Positions 63,812 to 64,000 of a DNA stretch of 64,000 nt are shown one piece after another. Within the stretch, counting starts at the first letter, position 1. Every line of letters starts with the position of its first letter. The DNA comes from a virus (taxonomy: Duplodnaviria > Heunggongvirae > Uroviricota > Caudoviricetes): positions 214,479 to 278,478 of IMG/VR virus record IMGVR_UViG_3300021400_000025; one strand, 5' to 3'. A program made the translations under genes and the position numbers. The notes under the pieces were generated by a model that saw only the letters and a program-made list of their open reading frames with translations, ran no database searches and was not told the DNA's origin.

Positions 63812-64000
63812 GTAGATGCTCCTATATAAGAGTATTTACTATCCAATCATATTTTTATTACAACAATTCCCATTCATCTAAATGTGACAAAACCATCAAT
63901 TTCATTTATTCAACACTCCAACAAATTTTTCTAAATCCAATCATATGTATTTGAATTCATGATATTTGACTATTTGGCATTGTTTTTTGAATATGCCACT

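Overview
This window looks like a 64-kb piece of a large (jumbo/mega-type) T4-like myophage genome that reads TAG as an amino acid, most likely Gln (code 15). Many ORF-track fragments ending at TAG join in frame into single intact genes: prohead protease, gp15-like tail protein, a 1701-aa tape-measure-like protein, BspA-type LRR proteins, a holin-like protein and a glycosyltransferase. A CUA-anticodon suppressor tRNA lies at 54136-54208. From 17.0 to 28.7 kb is a minus-strand RNA island with about 38 tRNAs covering all 20 amino acids (Asn only via a group I intron-split gene), a tmRNA, rrn-like boxA leaders and many non-canonical tRNA-like or structured RNAs. Two related Zn-finger endonuclease genes each sit just 3' of a tRNA. 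In both, the tRNA terminator loop is complementary to a leader-hairpin loop, with different loop sequences at the two loci (covarying kissing loops). Also present: an IS605-family TnpB insertion, Mom-like and DNA methyltransferase genes, Pth2, LemA, a radical SAM enzyme, and PEP-CTERM and Tat-signal proteins, which suggest a PVC (Kiritimatiellota-like) host by inference. All calls come from reading the sequence by eye; no database searches were run.
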